54,562 nt of DNA. Origin: Candidatus Woesearchaeota archaeon (GTDB taxonomy: Archaea; Nanobdellota; Nanobdellia; Woesearchaeales; GW2011-AR4). The position numbers and the translations under genes are program-made. Under the pieces are notes generated by a model that was given only the letters and a program-made list of their open reading frames with translations, was not told the DNA's origin and ran no database searches. Shown one piece after another: positions 9,023 through 18,718 of the stretch; within the stretch, counting starts at the first letter, position 1, and the number at the start of each line of letters is the position of its first letter. The stretch spans positions 1 to 54,562 of the forward strand of contig JAGVYR010000030.1 of the NCBI GenBank assembly GCA_018303185.1, read 5' to 3'.

Positions 9023-10144
9023 ATGGCAGAAGACATTGAACGGGAATATAATGCAGTAAAGGGCAATGCAGCCCTGTTCGACTTCTCAATGGAAGGCAAG
9101 CTCATTATCAGGGGGGGCAGGAGGATTGATTTTCTTAATGGCATAGTTTCCAATGATGTGAAAAATCTAGGGATAGATGAAGGGGTTTATGCGGCATTTC
9201 CGGATAAGTTCGGCAGGGTTTTGTCAGACTGCCATATCCATAATTTTGGCGATTTTCTATTTGTTAATGTCCCCTTCATTGCGAAAAACAGAATATTGGA
9301 AAAACTGGGGGAAGAAGGGAAGCTGATGAAATGCGATGCCGAGGATGCTACGATGAAGTATGCCCTGCTGTCCATACAGGGGCCCAAGGCTTTGGCATTG
9401 CTTGAGGAAATTTTCAATGAAGAAATAATATTGGAGGAATTGCAATCAGCTGAAAAAACGCTGATGATAAAAAACAATGGGGAAAAAGCGGCAGAAAAAG
9501 AGCAAAAAGCAAATCACAGCAATGAAGAAAAGGACAACGGAGAAACAATAAACAAGGAAAACAATGAAAAAACAAACAATAAGGGAAATAAAGAAACAGC
9601 CAATGAAATAAAAAACATCAAAATAACGATAATCAAAAGAAAAAGAAGCGGCCTTGAAGGGTTTGACCTGCTTTTTGAAGGCAAGCATTACAAAGAAATC
9701 CTTGGAATAATCCTTGAAAAAGGAAAACAATTTGGAATGATAAAATCAAGCAATGAAGTCCATGAAATCCTGAGGCTTGAGGCAGGCATTCCGTTATTCG
9801 GAGTGGATTTTGATGAAAAGACAGTGCTGCCTGAAATTGGCGAGAAGGCGATAAGCTACACCAAAGGCTGCTATACCGGGCAGGAAGTGATTGCGAGGCT
9901 GAAAAACATCGGAAAGGGAAACACGGCAAAGAAGCTTGTAAGGCTGGAAATAGGCTGCAATGAAAAGCTAAGCAAAGGAACAGAGATAAAAAAAGATGAT
10001 AAAAAAATCGGCTACATCACGAGCAGCGCCTATTCCCCTTCTCTGGAGAAAGCTGTTGCGCTGGGGTTTTTGGAAAGAGGTTTTTATGATACCACCGGAG
10101 ATATTAGGGTTAATGAAATAACAGGAAGATTACATTCAACTTAG
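9023..10144 (+). CDS. ygfZ: Folate-binding YgfZ/GcvT-like protein
   Basis: GcvT fold motifs plus the YgfZ signature KGCYTGQE. Confidence 0.8.
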   Translation: MAEDIEREYNAVKGNAALFDFSMEGKLIIRGGRRIDFLNGIVSNDVKNLGIDEGVYAAFPDKFGRVLSDCHIHNFGDFLFVNVPFIAKNRILEKLGEEGKLMKCDAEDATMKYALLSIQGPKALALLEEIFNEEIILEELQSAEKTLMIKNNGEKAAEKEQKANHSNEEKDNGETINKENNEKTNNKGNKETANEIKNIKITIIKRKRSGLEGFDLLFEGKHYKEILGIILEKGKQFGMIKSSNEVHEILRLEAGIPLFGVDFDEKTVLPEIGEKAISYTKGCYTGQEVIARLKNIGKGNTAKKLVRLEIGCNEKLSKGTEIKKDDKKIGYITSSAYSPSLEKAVALGFLERGFYDTTGDIRVNEITGRLHST

Positions 10145-10217
10145 TAATGCCATTTTTTACAATGATTTTATAACACGCTAGGATTTTAAATCAAGTAACA
10201 ATCCATTTTGATTAAGG

Positions 10218-10763
10218 TTAAAGGGCTTTTTTTGGTTTTGATGTTGCAATAGATCCGACAGACTTCTGTGTTTTCATAGCATGCTTTAGCCTCCATTTTG
10301 AACTCAATCCTTTGTCTGCTTCAGCGTGGTGGTTTGGACACAATAGGATTAAGTTAGTAATGCGGTTATTTGAAGGATTTCCATCAATATGGTGAATGTG
10401 TAATCCACGATGAGCGCAAAGCTGGCATTTATCAGCAGCCCTATCATAAACTTTATTTTTTATATTTTCTGGAATAGGAACTCTCTCTTTTTTTGAACTA
10501 TCTGATTTAGCGGCATCAGAAATAAATGCCCAAATCGCATCTACTATAAACAAAAATATATTTTTCTCAGATTCTCGCAATCTTTCATTATTGAAAGACA
10601 TATAAACTAAATATGCTAACCCGGCAATGAACAAAACTAAGAGGGTTATCAACCAGTAGGGATGTTTTTGATAAAACTGGTTGCCAAAGTAGAAGATTAA
10701 AACGAGGAAAATTATGATTCCAAGACCTAAACTCGCTTTGTCTTTTTGCCTCATTTTATACAC
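10218..10763 (-). CDS. Membrane-anchored HNH endonuclease
   Basis: Two N-terminal TM helices; CQLC..HIHHID...NN...NLILLCPNHH HNH motif. Confidence 0.8.
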   Translation of the reverse strand: MYKMRQKDKASLGLGIIIFLVLIFYFGNQFYQKHPYWLITLLVLFIAGLAYLVYMSFNNERLRESEKNIFLFIVDAIWAFISDAAKSDSSKKERVPIPENIKNKVYDRAADKCQLCAHRGLHIHHIDGNPSNNRITNLILLCPNHHAEADKGLSSKWRLKHAMKTQKSVGSIATSKPKKAL

Positions 10764-10946
10764 TCCTTCTGGTGAAGGATTTATATAATTTACTATTCAG
10801 ATAATCACATTGGAGTAATGGTAAATAAACAATCGACACTCGTTAAATAACCATAAACTATATAAATAACATATAGCATTACTCTATAATGCAACGGGGG
10901 ATAAATAGCACAGAGTTAATTCTTGTTTTTGCAGGGGTGAGCATCC

Positions 10947-12659
10947 TTGACTAAGTTTATTGTAGTGGCAGGCGGCGTAATGTCCGGCGTTGGCAAGGGA
11001 GTGACTTCCGCCTCAATAGCAAGGACATTACAAGAGCATGGCTACAAAGTCACTGCGGTAAAGATAGACCCTTACATAAATTATGATGCGGGCACATTGA
11101 GGCCGACAGAGCATGGCGAAGTGTGGGTAACTGATGATGGGGGCGAGATTGACCAAGATTTAGGGACTTATGAAAGATTCCTTAATTTAGACATCCCGAA
11201 GAAGAACAATCTTACAACAGGCCAGGTCTACAAGACAGTGATTGACAAGGAAAGAGCAGGAAAATTCTTAGGGGAAACAGTGCAGTTCATACCGCATATT
11301 CCTGATGAGATAAAGAGGAGAATAAAAGAAGCCTCGAAGAACTATGACATTGCGGTTGTAGAAGTCGGCGGCACAATAGGCGATTATGAAAACATCCCGT
11401 ACCTTTTCGCGATGAAGGGCATAGAGAGGGAGATGGGAGAGCATAATGTGGCATATGTGCTTGTTACTTACCTTCCAATACCGGGGCACATAGAAGAGAT
11501 GAAGACAAAGCCCACACAGCAGGCGATAAGGCTTCTTGGCGAGACAGGAATATTCCCTGATTTCATAATATGCAGGGCGAAAAGGGCATTGGATGCAGTG
11601 AGAAAAAAGAAGATTGAGATTTATGCAAACATTCCTTCTGACCATGTCATATCGGAGCCGGACATTGACACTGTTTACCAGATTCCTCTGGATTTGGAGA
11701 GGGAAAAGCTTGGCGAAAAGATACTGAAGCACCTTGACTTAAAGCCAAAGAAGCAGCCTGAATGGAAGAACTGGGCATCGCTCGTGGAGAAGATAAGGTC
11801 GCCAAAGAAGACTGTCAAGGTTGCCATGGTCGGGAAGTACATTGACATAGGCGACTATAATTTAGCGGACAGCTATGTGAGCATAAACGAAGCACTGATA
11901 CACGCAGGCGCATCCTTAAACGTGGGAGTGGACATAAACTGGCTTGACTCAAAGAACTTCGAGGGAAAGAAAGATTTAAGCATGCTGAAGGAGTATGACG
12001 GCATAATTGTTCCGGGAGGGTTTGGAAGCAGCGGGGTTGAGGGCAAGATAAACGCGGTTAAATTTGCAAGAGAGAATAATATTCCGTATCTGGGGCTGTG
12101 CTACGGGATGCAGCTTGCAGTCATTGAATTCGCAAGGAACGTGTGCGGCATGAAGGATGCGAACACAACCGAGAATGCAAAAGAATGCACCCCGGTCATT
12201 GACATTATCGAATCCCAGAAAGAGCTTATGGAGAAAGAGCAATATGGGGGCACAATGAGGCTCGGGGCATATGCTGCAATCCTGAAAGACGGGAGCCAGG
12301 TGCACAAGCTTTATTCAGAGTTAGGAAGGGAGAAGGAAGACGGGCAGAGGATTGAAGAGCTCAGGAAGGAAAAAAACCAGAAATTCAGGCTTGGAATTCT
12401 GGACGGGGCAAAGCACGTTGTCCTGGAGAGGCACAGGCACCGCTTTGAGGTAAATCCCGCTTTTATTGCTGAGATTGAGAAAAACGGCCTTGTATTCTCA
12501 GGTCATCATGAAATGGAAAATGGAACGAGGCTGATGGAATACATTGAGCTGCCAAAACATGCATTTTTTATGGGAACGCAGGCGCATCCAGAATTCAAGT
12601 CAAGATTGGGAAATCCATCGCCTTTATTTTATGGGTTTGTGAAGGCGTGCGGGAAATAA
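10947..12659 (+). CDS. pyrG: CTP synthase
   Basis: GGVMSGVGKG, KIDPYIN, EHGEV, PGGFG, GLCYGMQ, ERHRHR, QAHPEF. Confidence 0.98.
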   Translation: MTKFIVVAGGVMSGVGKGVTSASIARTLQEHGYKVTAVKIDPYINYDAGTLRPTEHGEVWVTDDGGEIDQDLGTYERFLNLDIPKKNNLTTGQVYKTVIDKERAGKFLGETVQFIPHIPDEIKRRIKEASKNYDIAVVEVGGTIGDYENIPYLFAMKGIEREMGEHNVAYVLVTYLPIPGHIEEMKTKPTQQAIRLLGETGIFPDFIICRAKRALDAVRKKKIEIYANIPSDHVISEPDIDTVYQIPLDLEREKLGEKILKHLDLKPKKQPEWKNWASLVEKIRSPKKTVKVAMVGKYIDIGDYNLADSYVSINEALIHAGASLNVGVDINWLDSKNFEGKKDLSMLKEYDGIIVPGGFGSSGVEGKINAVKFARENNIPYLGLCYGMQLAVIEFARNVCGMKDANTTENAKECTPVIDIIESQKELMEKEQYGGTMRLGAYAAILKDGSQVHKLYSELGREKEDGQRIEELRKEKNQKFRLGILDGAKHVVLERHRHRFEVNPAFIAEIEKNGLVFSGHHEMENGTRLMEYIELPKHAFFMGTQAHPEFKSRLGNPSPLFYGFVKACGK

Positions 12660-12698
12660 TTAAATAGGCGTATTTCTTTTTATTGGCTATATGCAGCT

Positions 12699-13000
12699 AT
12701 TGCGTTCAAAATGAAGGTTGCCATCTGCTTGTGAGCACCAGTTCAAAGCTCATTCAGCCTGACGGGGGAAGTCCCTCATGAAAATCATAGATTTTCAGGA
12801 GTCCCGGAAAGCTAGTCAGAAAGTCTGTTGCTTTCCGATACTTACGGGGTGGCAGGCTTTTGAAAAACTCATCAAGTGCGAACGATGGCAACCGATAGCG
12901 GGTGAAAGCTGCTAACCCGAGATTTGCCTGCGAGAACGCTCGCCTTTGCTGCAAGTTCGAGCAGGCTCGCGTTCAGGTGAAGCGAGATTTCGGACAAAGC
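12699..13000. mobile_element. Composite MITE-like element (copy A)
   Basis: Inner IR GGTTGCCATC (12716-12725)/GATGGCAACC (12884-12893), shared with the 40933-41095 copy; 12900-13000 is the reverse complement of the left end of the 22269 element with an extra hairpin inserted; left boundary approximate. Confidence 0.65.
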
Positions 13001-13033
13001 ATACATGCAATTCAAAGATTTAAGTGATGCATC

Positions 13034-13465
13034 ATGATTGTCAATATAGGCATTGAAAAATTACTCCTTCAGTTACTGAGCATAGCAGGCTTTCTTATAT
13101 CCCTGTATTTTGCATTCGTTTACCATGGGCTTGCAAGGGCCTCTGAGAAACTGATTCCGGCAAATGTCTGCTCAGCTAAAACATGCCATTCAGTGCTTGA
13201 GACAAAGTTTGCCAAAGCCTTTAAGATTCCTAATTTCTATCTCGGGCTTGTTTATTATTATATTGTGTTTGTCTCAACCTTTTATAACCCTGAAGGAATG
13301 ATATTATGGGGATTCCTCATTGTGAGCTGGCTTGCTGTGCTGTTTTCAGCATATCTTTTTTATGCACTTGTGTTTAAGCTGAAGACAAGGTGCAACCTGT
13401 GTTTTGCGGCGCAGATGATAAATTTGGGTATTGGAATGATGTTGGTACTGGGGTTTTATGGCTAA
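13034..13465 (+). CDS. Vitamin K epoxide reductase (VKOR) family protein
   Basis: C..C..VL loop cysteines, IPN..LG..YY, CNLC active site, 4 TM helices. Confidence 0.88.
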   Translation: MIVNIGIEKLLLQLLSIAGFLISLYFAFVYHGLARASEKLIPANVCSAKTCHSVLETKFAKAFKIPNFYLGLVYYYIVFVSTFYNPEGMILWGFLIVSWLAVLFSAYLFYALVFKLKTRCNLCFAAQMINLGIGMMLVLGFYG

Positions 13466-13475
13466 AAGAAAACAT

Positions 13476-13871
13476 TCACAAGCATCTTAAATCTTGAGGA
13501 CTATGTTTTAGTGCGCTTTCGATACGATGGTCTATGTAAGTCTGCATTCCTTCAATCAAAACAGTTGACATGGCAGGGATTGCCCATTCTGTACCTCCAT
13601 TGGCACCTAAATAAGCGTAAATCAACCATTCTGCCGCATGTGTGAACCCAGCTGCATAATTCTTAACCAAATCATGAACGTGCATAGGGGTACCTATACG
13701 CATAGGTTCTGAATATCTCCATGTAACTCGTGGGGCATGTGCGCTTGCAGTCCCTTTGAAAAATCCGGCAACGACATCAGAAACAAAGTTAGCCAAATTC
13801 CTTTCAGCTCGTTTCGCCATCCAGGCAGAATCTCGAAATGAAGATGAATTTGGTGCATCCATATTTACCAT
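13476..13871 (-). CDS. Hypothetical protein
   Basis: 131-aa ORF with an upstream TATA-like sequence; no recognised motif. Confidence 0.5.
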   Translation of the reverse strand: MVNMDAPNSSSFRDSAWMAKRAERNLANFVSDVVAGFFKGTASAHAPRVTWRYSEPMRIGTPMHVHDLVKNYAAGFTHAAEWLIYAYLGANGGTEWAIPAMSTVLIEGMQTYIDHRIESALKHSPQDLRCL

Positions 13872-14002
13872 TCTGTGGAAACAAATATCTATATATAAAT
13901 ATTTCTAACTTAGGCATTGGTAAGATAAAGAGTGTTAAATTCGGCTGTTAAGAATAGGCTGATTTGAGAAAATTTATTAAAAATAGGATTTCTTCCATAG
14001 TT

Positions 14003-14401
14003 ATGAAGAAAATAATCGTTTTAAAAGGAGAAGCAGGTTCTGGCAAATCCACAGCTTTAACCAAGTTAGTAAAAGATGTGTTTGAGATTGAGTTATATCT
14101 CCCAAAAATAAGAAAGGACTTGGTAATTTCTTTTAAATACAAAAATAAGACTATCGCCATAATTACTGTAGGTGATGATGTTCCAAAAATAAAAAGACAT
14201 TTCAATAGGATTAAGGATAAATTTGATGTTCTAATCTGTGCCTGTAGGGAGAATGGGGCAACTTTTAATTTTTATAATGCGTTTAACCGCATTGCGGGCT
14301 ATGATGTAGGGTTTATTGGTAAAAAGACAAATACTGATGAGGATAGGGAAAGAGTAATATCAAAAATAAAAGAAATAATCTTTAAACAATTTAGTGAGTA
14401 A
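14003..14401 (+). CDS. Small P-loop NTPase-like protein
   Basis: IIVLKGEAGSGKST Walker A at the N-terminus; AT-rich. Confidence 0.65.
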   Translation: MKKIIVLKGEAGSGKSTALTKLVKDVFEIELYLPKIRKDLVISFKYKNKTIAIITVGDDVPKIKRHFNRIKDKFDVLICACRENGATFNFYNAFNRIAGYDVGFIGKKTNTDEDRERVISKIKEIIFKQFSE

Positions 14402-14599
14402 AGGTTTATTTAAGGCTTTTCTCAAAAGTGCCTTCCATTCAGCCCCCTTATCAAGCCTCGCCCTCTGCACTGGGCTCACTTAACAGCCGAAGGATAATTG
14501 CTCTATCTTAAAAATAAAATAATATTATCGCTTCTAAAATAATTTTTAACAAAAGCCTTATAAATGACGCTTTTACCCTCACCTGAAGGAGTGGTTTTG

Positions 14600-15541
14600 A
14601 TGGAGAACGTGGGGCAGCAGCCCGCAAAGAAGGGATTTTTGGATTCATTAAGGGATTTCTATGACAAGAAATACAAGGTACTCCTCATAATACCATTCGT
14701 AATGTTCATTACCGCATTGGCGCTGATTGGCATGAAGATAGCGCAGACAGGAGACTTCATGAACAAGGATGTCAGCCTCAAGGGAGGAGTTACAATAACA
14801 ATACCTACAGATGCGCAAATAGAGCCTTTGTCCCTTGAAAATGCGCTGAAGGGCAGCTTTCCGGGGAATGACATAACAGTAAGGGCGCTTTCACAGTTTG
14901 GGACGCAGATTGGGGTGATTGTACAGGCGGATGTAGCTCAAGGCGAGGTAAGCGGCCTTCTTGACAGCATAAGGCAGGCAACAAAACTCAAATTGAAAGC
15001 GAATGACTATACTGCAGAAGTAATAGGCAGCACATTGGGGCAGTCTTTCTTTAGGGAGGCTTTCAAGGCGCTTATTTTTGCATTTATCGCAATGGCAATT
15101 GTTGTCTTCATATATTTCAGGACATTCGTGCCCAGCATGGCAGTCGTTTTGGCAGCTTTTTCCGACATTGTTGTAACGCTGGCTGTTGTAAATTTAATGG
15201 GCATGAGAATAGGCACTGCAGGGATAGCAGCATTTTTAATGCTTATCGGCTACAGTGTTGATACAGACATTCTTCTTTCAACACGCGTCCTGAAGAGAAA
15301 AGAAGGCAGCGTGATGGACAGGGTTTTGAGTTCGGTCACAACCGGAATGACGATGACCATGACCTCAATTGTCGCGGTAACGGTAGCATTGCTTTTCGCG
15401 CAGTCTGATACCATAAGGCAGATAATGACAATCCTGCTTATAGGGCTGATTGCTGACATAATCAACACATGGATTCAGAACGTTGGCATATTAAGGCTTT
15501 ATTTGGAGAGAAAGCAGGCAAAGGCAGAGCAGCTAAAATGA
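14600..15541 (+). CDS. secF: Protein translocase subunit SecF
   Basis: LKGG motif, IAAFLMLIGYSVDTDILL; archaeal secF-secD order. Confidence 0.93.
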   Translation: MENVGQQPAKKGFLDSLRDFYDKKYKVLLIIPFVMFITALALIGMKIAQTGDFMNKDVSLKGGVTITIPTDAQIEPLSLENALKGSFPGNDITVRALSQFGTQIGVIVQADVAQGEVSGLLDSIRQATKLKLKANDYTAEVIGSTLGQSFFREAFKALIFAFIAMAIVVFIYFRTFVPSMAVVLAAFSDIVVTLAVVNLMGMRIGTAGIAAFLMLIGYSVDTDILLSTRVLKRKEGSVMDRVLSSVTTGMTMTMTSIVAVTVALLFAQSDTIRQIMTILLIGLIADIINTWIQNVGILRLYLERKQAKAEQLK

Positions 15542-17268
15542 ACTACAAGATAAAGAAAATCTTTACAAGCGTAAGGGGGATAATACTCCTTGTTGCATTA
15601 TTGCTTTCTGTGGTTGCAATAAGCCCAATGCCTTTCAATGACGGGGTTGCGATAAGGAATGTCATAACAAACAGCTCGGCATCCATTGCAGGCATACCGC
15701 AGCCCTCGCCGACAGAAAGGCCTGTCAGCAGGGAGAGGATAACTGCAGTCAATAATGCCCCTATAGAAAGCGTGGAAGAGTACTACAATGCTGTCCAAAA
15801 TCTGCGGATAAACCAAAGCATACAGATAAAGACCAATGAAAGGCTTTACAGGCTTACTGTAAAAGAAGCTTTTGAAACAATCCAGCTCAATGAGACAGAA
15901 TTGCGTTCAGTGGAAGAAGTAATCACAGTCAATAGGACAATAAACGGAACTTTAACAGAGGTAAATGAAACAACTTCCAAAGTTGTGCGGGTTCCAAAGA
16001 CAATAAGGGTAAGCAAAGGGCCGCAGGATATCGGACTGAGGGTTTCTGATGCTGCCACCACAAACCTGAGGAAAGGGCTTGACCTTCAGGGCGGAACAAG
16101 AGTCTTGCTGCAGCCGGAAAAGCCACTGAATCCTTTTGACCTTGCAACTCTTATGGACAACATGCAGGAAAGGCTCAATGTATACGGGCTTACTGACCTT
16201 GTCATAAGGGATTCCAAGGACCTTGAAGGCAACCAGTACATTCTTGTAGAAATTGCAGGGGCAAATGAAGATGAGATAAGAAATCTGCTTGAAAAAGAAG
16301 GCAAGTTTGAGGCAAAGATAGGCAACAGCACAGTTTTCACAGGAGGCAAGGACATAACTTTCGTATGCAGAAGCCCCGAGTGCGCAGGCATAGACCCCAA
16401 TATCGGCTGCGGGCAGTCAGGAGGGCAGTGGGCATGCACTTTCAGTTTCTCAATAACTTTGAGCACACAGGCGGCCCAGAGGCAGGCTGACGCGACAAGA
16501 GACCTTGCTATAGTTCCCTCTGAAAACAGCAGGGAAGGCTACTTAAGCCAGCCTCTTGAATTGATACTTGATGACAGGAAAGTAGATGAGCTAAGGATAG
16601 CATCTTCATTAAAGGGAGAGGCGGCAACCAACATCCAGATTTCGGGCTCAGGGATAGGGGCAAGCAATCAGGAAGCCATCTACAATGCCCTTGGGAACAT
16701 GAAAAGGCTCCAGACAGTGCTTGTGACAGGCTCACTGCCTGTAAAAATGAGCATAGTCAAGATAGATTCGATAAGCCCTGTTTTGGGTGTAGGGTTTGTG
16801 AAGAACGCGCTTCTTGTGGGATTTTTGGCATTGCTTGCAGTCCTTATTGTCGTCTATATAAGATACAGGAAGCTATACATAGCGCTTCCGATGTTCGCCA
16901 TCTCCCTGTCTGAGCTGGTCATGCTTCTTGGAGTTGCAGCATTAATAGGGTGGAACCTCGATGTCGCGGCAATCGCCGGAATAATAGTTGCTATAGGAAC
17001 AGGAGTTGACCATCAGATTGTCATTACGGATGAAACGCTTAAAGGGGAAGCTGCAAGGTCATATAACTGGAAAGAGAAGCTGAAAGGGGCTTTCTCAATT
17101 ATCATGGGCTCTTATTTCACCTTGTTTGTTGCTATGGTACCTTTGATATTTGCGGGCGCAGGGCTTCTGAAAGGCTTTGCAATAACCTCTTTGATAGGCG
17201 CAAGCATAGGCGTGTTTATCTCAAGGCCAGTCTATGCGAAAATGATTGAAATCGTCCTGAAGGAATAA
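15538..17268 (+). CDS. secD: Protein translocase subunit SecD
   Basis: GLDLQGG, GSLPV, IAGIIVAIGTGVDHQIVITDE; ATG overlaps the secF stop. Confidence 0.93.
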   Translation: MNYKIKKIFTSVRGIILLVALLLSVVAISPMPFNDGVAIRNVITNSSASIAGIPQPSPTERPVSRERITAVNNAPIESVEEYYNAVQNLRINQSIQIKTNERLYRLTVKEAFETIQLNETELRSVEEVITVNRTINGTLTEVNETTSKVVRVPKTIRVSKGPQDIGLRVSDAATTNLRKGLDLQGGTRVLLQPEKPLNPFDLATLMDNMQERLNVYGLTDLVIRDSKDLEGNQYILVEIAGANEDEIRNLLEKEGKFEAKIGNSTVFTGGKDITFVCRSPECAGIDPNIGCGQSGGQWACTFSFSITLSTQAAQRQADATRDLAIVPSENSREGYLSQPLELILDDRKVDELRIASSLKGEAATNIQISGSGIGASNQEAIYNALGNMKRLQTVLVTGSLPVKMSIVKIDSISPVLGVGFVKNALLVGFLALLAVLIVVYIRYRKLYIALPMFAISLSELVMLLGVAALIGWNLDVAAIAGIIVAIGTGVDHQIVITDETLKGEAARSYNWKEKLKGAFSIIMGSYFTLFVAMVPLIFAGAGLLKGFAITSLIGASIGVFISRPVYAKMIEIVLKE

Positions 17269-17269
17269 G

Positions 17270-17650
17270 ATGGCAGCAAAATTCTGGGCAATGGCGACAA
17301 TGTTCTTCATCACTTTTCTTACCTCTACAGCCCAGATTTTGTGGAAGATTGGCAGCGAAAGCCTTGAGTTCAATATTTTTTCAATAATAACCAATTATTA
17401 TCTTATTGTAGGGCTCGCCCTTTATGCAATAGGGGCAGGGATGATGATACTGAGCTTCAGGGGAGGGGATGTTTCCTCCTTATATCCAATAATAGCCACA
17501 AGCTATGTGTGGGTAAGCATAATGTCCATATGGTTTCTTGGGGAAGGAATGGGCTTCTACAAGTGGGCAGGAGTCACAGTGATTGTCATCGGGATAGTGA
17601 TGATAGGCTATGGAAGCAGGGAAAGCAAGGCCATGGCGGGTGCTCTCTGA
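17270..17650 (+). CDS. EamA/SMR-like small membrane transporter subunit (ArnE/F-like)
   Basis: 4 TM helices, G.VS.LYP, LGE motifs. Confidence 0.8.
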   Translation: MAAKFWAMATMFFITFLTSTAQILWKIGSESLEFNIFSIITNYYLIVGLALYAIGAGMMILSFRGGDVSSLYPIIATSYVWVSIMSIWFLGEGMGFYKWAGVTVIVIGIVMIGYGSRESKAMAGAL

Positions 17651-18003
17651 TGGCAACTGAATTATGGGCCATAGCACTGGTTGTTTTAGGCACGATTGTT
17701 GGCTCAGGAGGGCCAATATTATTGAAAAGAGCATCTGAGAAAAAGCTTTCAAGCATTGCTTCTTTGATAAAGAATTATTACCTGATGGGCGGGCTTGCCC
17801 TTTACGCAGCCGGAACAATACTTTTCATCCCCGCTTTGAAGGGCGGAGAGCTTTCTATACTTTATCCTTTTGTCTCCCTTGTATACGTGTGGGTTGCGCT
17901 GCTTTCAGTAAAGTTCCTTGGAGAGAAGATGAACCTTTACAAGTGGCTGGGAATTGCAGCCATAATTGTTGGCGTTACGCTGATTGGGATTGGAAGCGGA
18001 TAG
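17650..18003 (+). CDS. EamA/SMR-like small membrane transporter subunit (paralog)
   Basis: GELSILYP, FLGE; ATG overlaps the previous stop. Confidence 0.8.
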   Translation: MATELWAIALVVLGTIVGSGGPILLKRASEKKLSSIASLIKNYYLMGGLALYAAGTILFIPALKGGELSILYPFVSLVYVWVALLSVKFLGEKMNLYKWLGIAAIIVGVTLIGIGSG

Positions 18004-18038
18004 AAACCTTTTTATATATTGTTCCTTAGTTTTTTGCC

Positions 18039-18716
18039 ATGAAGACTTTTGTAATATCTCTGGGAGGCTCGCTTATAGTGCCGGATGATGTAGACTCTGT
18101 ATTTCTCAGAAATTTCAAAAAGCTCATTGAAAGCTATTCTTCAAAAGGCTGCAGGTTCGGAATAATCTGCGGCGGCGGAAAGATTGCAAGAAGGTACATG
18201 GAAGCTGCATCCAAAGCAAGGAAACTGAGCAATCAAGAGCTGGACTGGATAGGGACTTATGCAACCCAATTAAACGCCAATTTAGTCAGGGTTTTGTTCG
18301 GAAACAATGCCAATGACGAGATAATAATAAATCCAAATGAAAAAATAAGGCCAAAGAAAAAAATACTTGTTGCCGGCGGCTGGAAGCCGGGGTGGAGCAC
18401 TGACTTTGACGCTGTGCTTCTTGCCAAAAATCTGGAAAGCAAAGTTGTAGTGAATATGAGCAATGTAGATTATGTTTATGATAAAGACCCTAAAAAAAGT
18501 AAAAACGCAAAGCCTATAAAAAACATCTGCTGGAGCCATTTCAGGAAGATGATGGGCAATAAATGGACTGCAGGATTAAATGCGCCTTTTGACCCGATTG
18601 CTGCAAGGGAAGCGGAGAAGCTTGGGATGAGAGTTGTTATTCTTGGCAGGGATTTAAGGAACCTTGGGGATTTCCTTGACGGAAAAAAGTTTAAGGGGAC
18701 TGTAATTGCAGATTAG
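18039..18716 (+). CDS. pyrH: UMP kinase (archaeal type)
   Basis: VISLGGS, CGGGKIAR, PGWSTD, YDKDP, PFDP. Confidence 0.93.
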   Translation: MKTFVISLGGSLIVPDDVDSVFLRNFKKLIESYSSKGCRFGIICGGGKIARRYMEAASKARKLSNQELDWIGTYATQLNANLVRVLFGNNANDEIIINPNEKIRPKKKILVAGGWKPGWSTDFDAVLLAKNLESKVVVNMSNVDYVYDKDPKKSKNAKPIKNICWSHFRKMMGNKWTAGLNAPFDPIAAREAEKLGMRVVILGRDLRNLGDFLDGKKFKGTVIAD

Positions 18717-18718
18717 TA

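Noticed and set aside
12754..12954. Short ORFs within repeat elements (also 22256-22519, 27962-28150, 40946-41143, 41577-41771)
   Set aside because: They lie in palindromic non-coding elements, lack an RBS and show no transposase motifs
14401..14530. Weak hairpins upstream of secF
   Set aside because: No clear match to the other repeat families; may be only a terminator or decayed sequence
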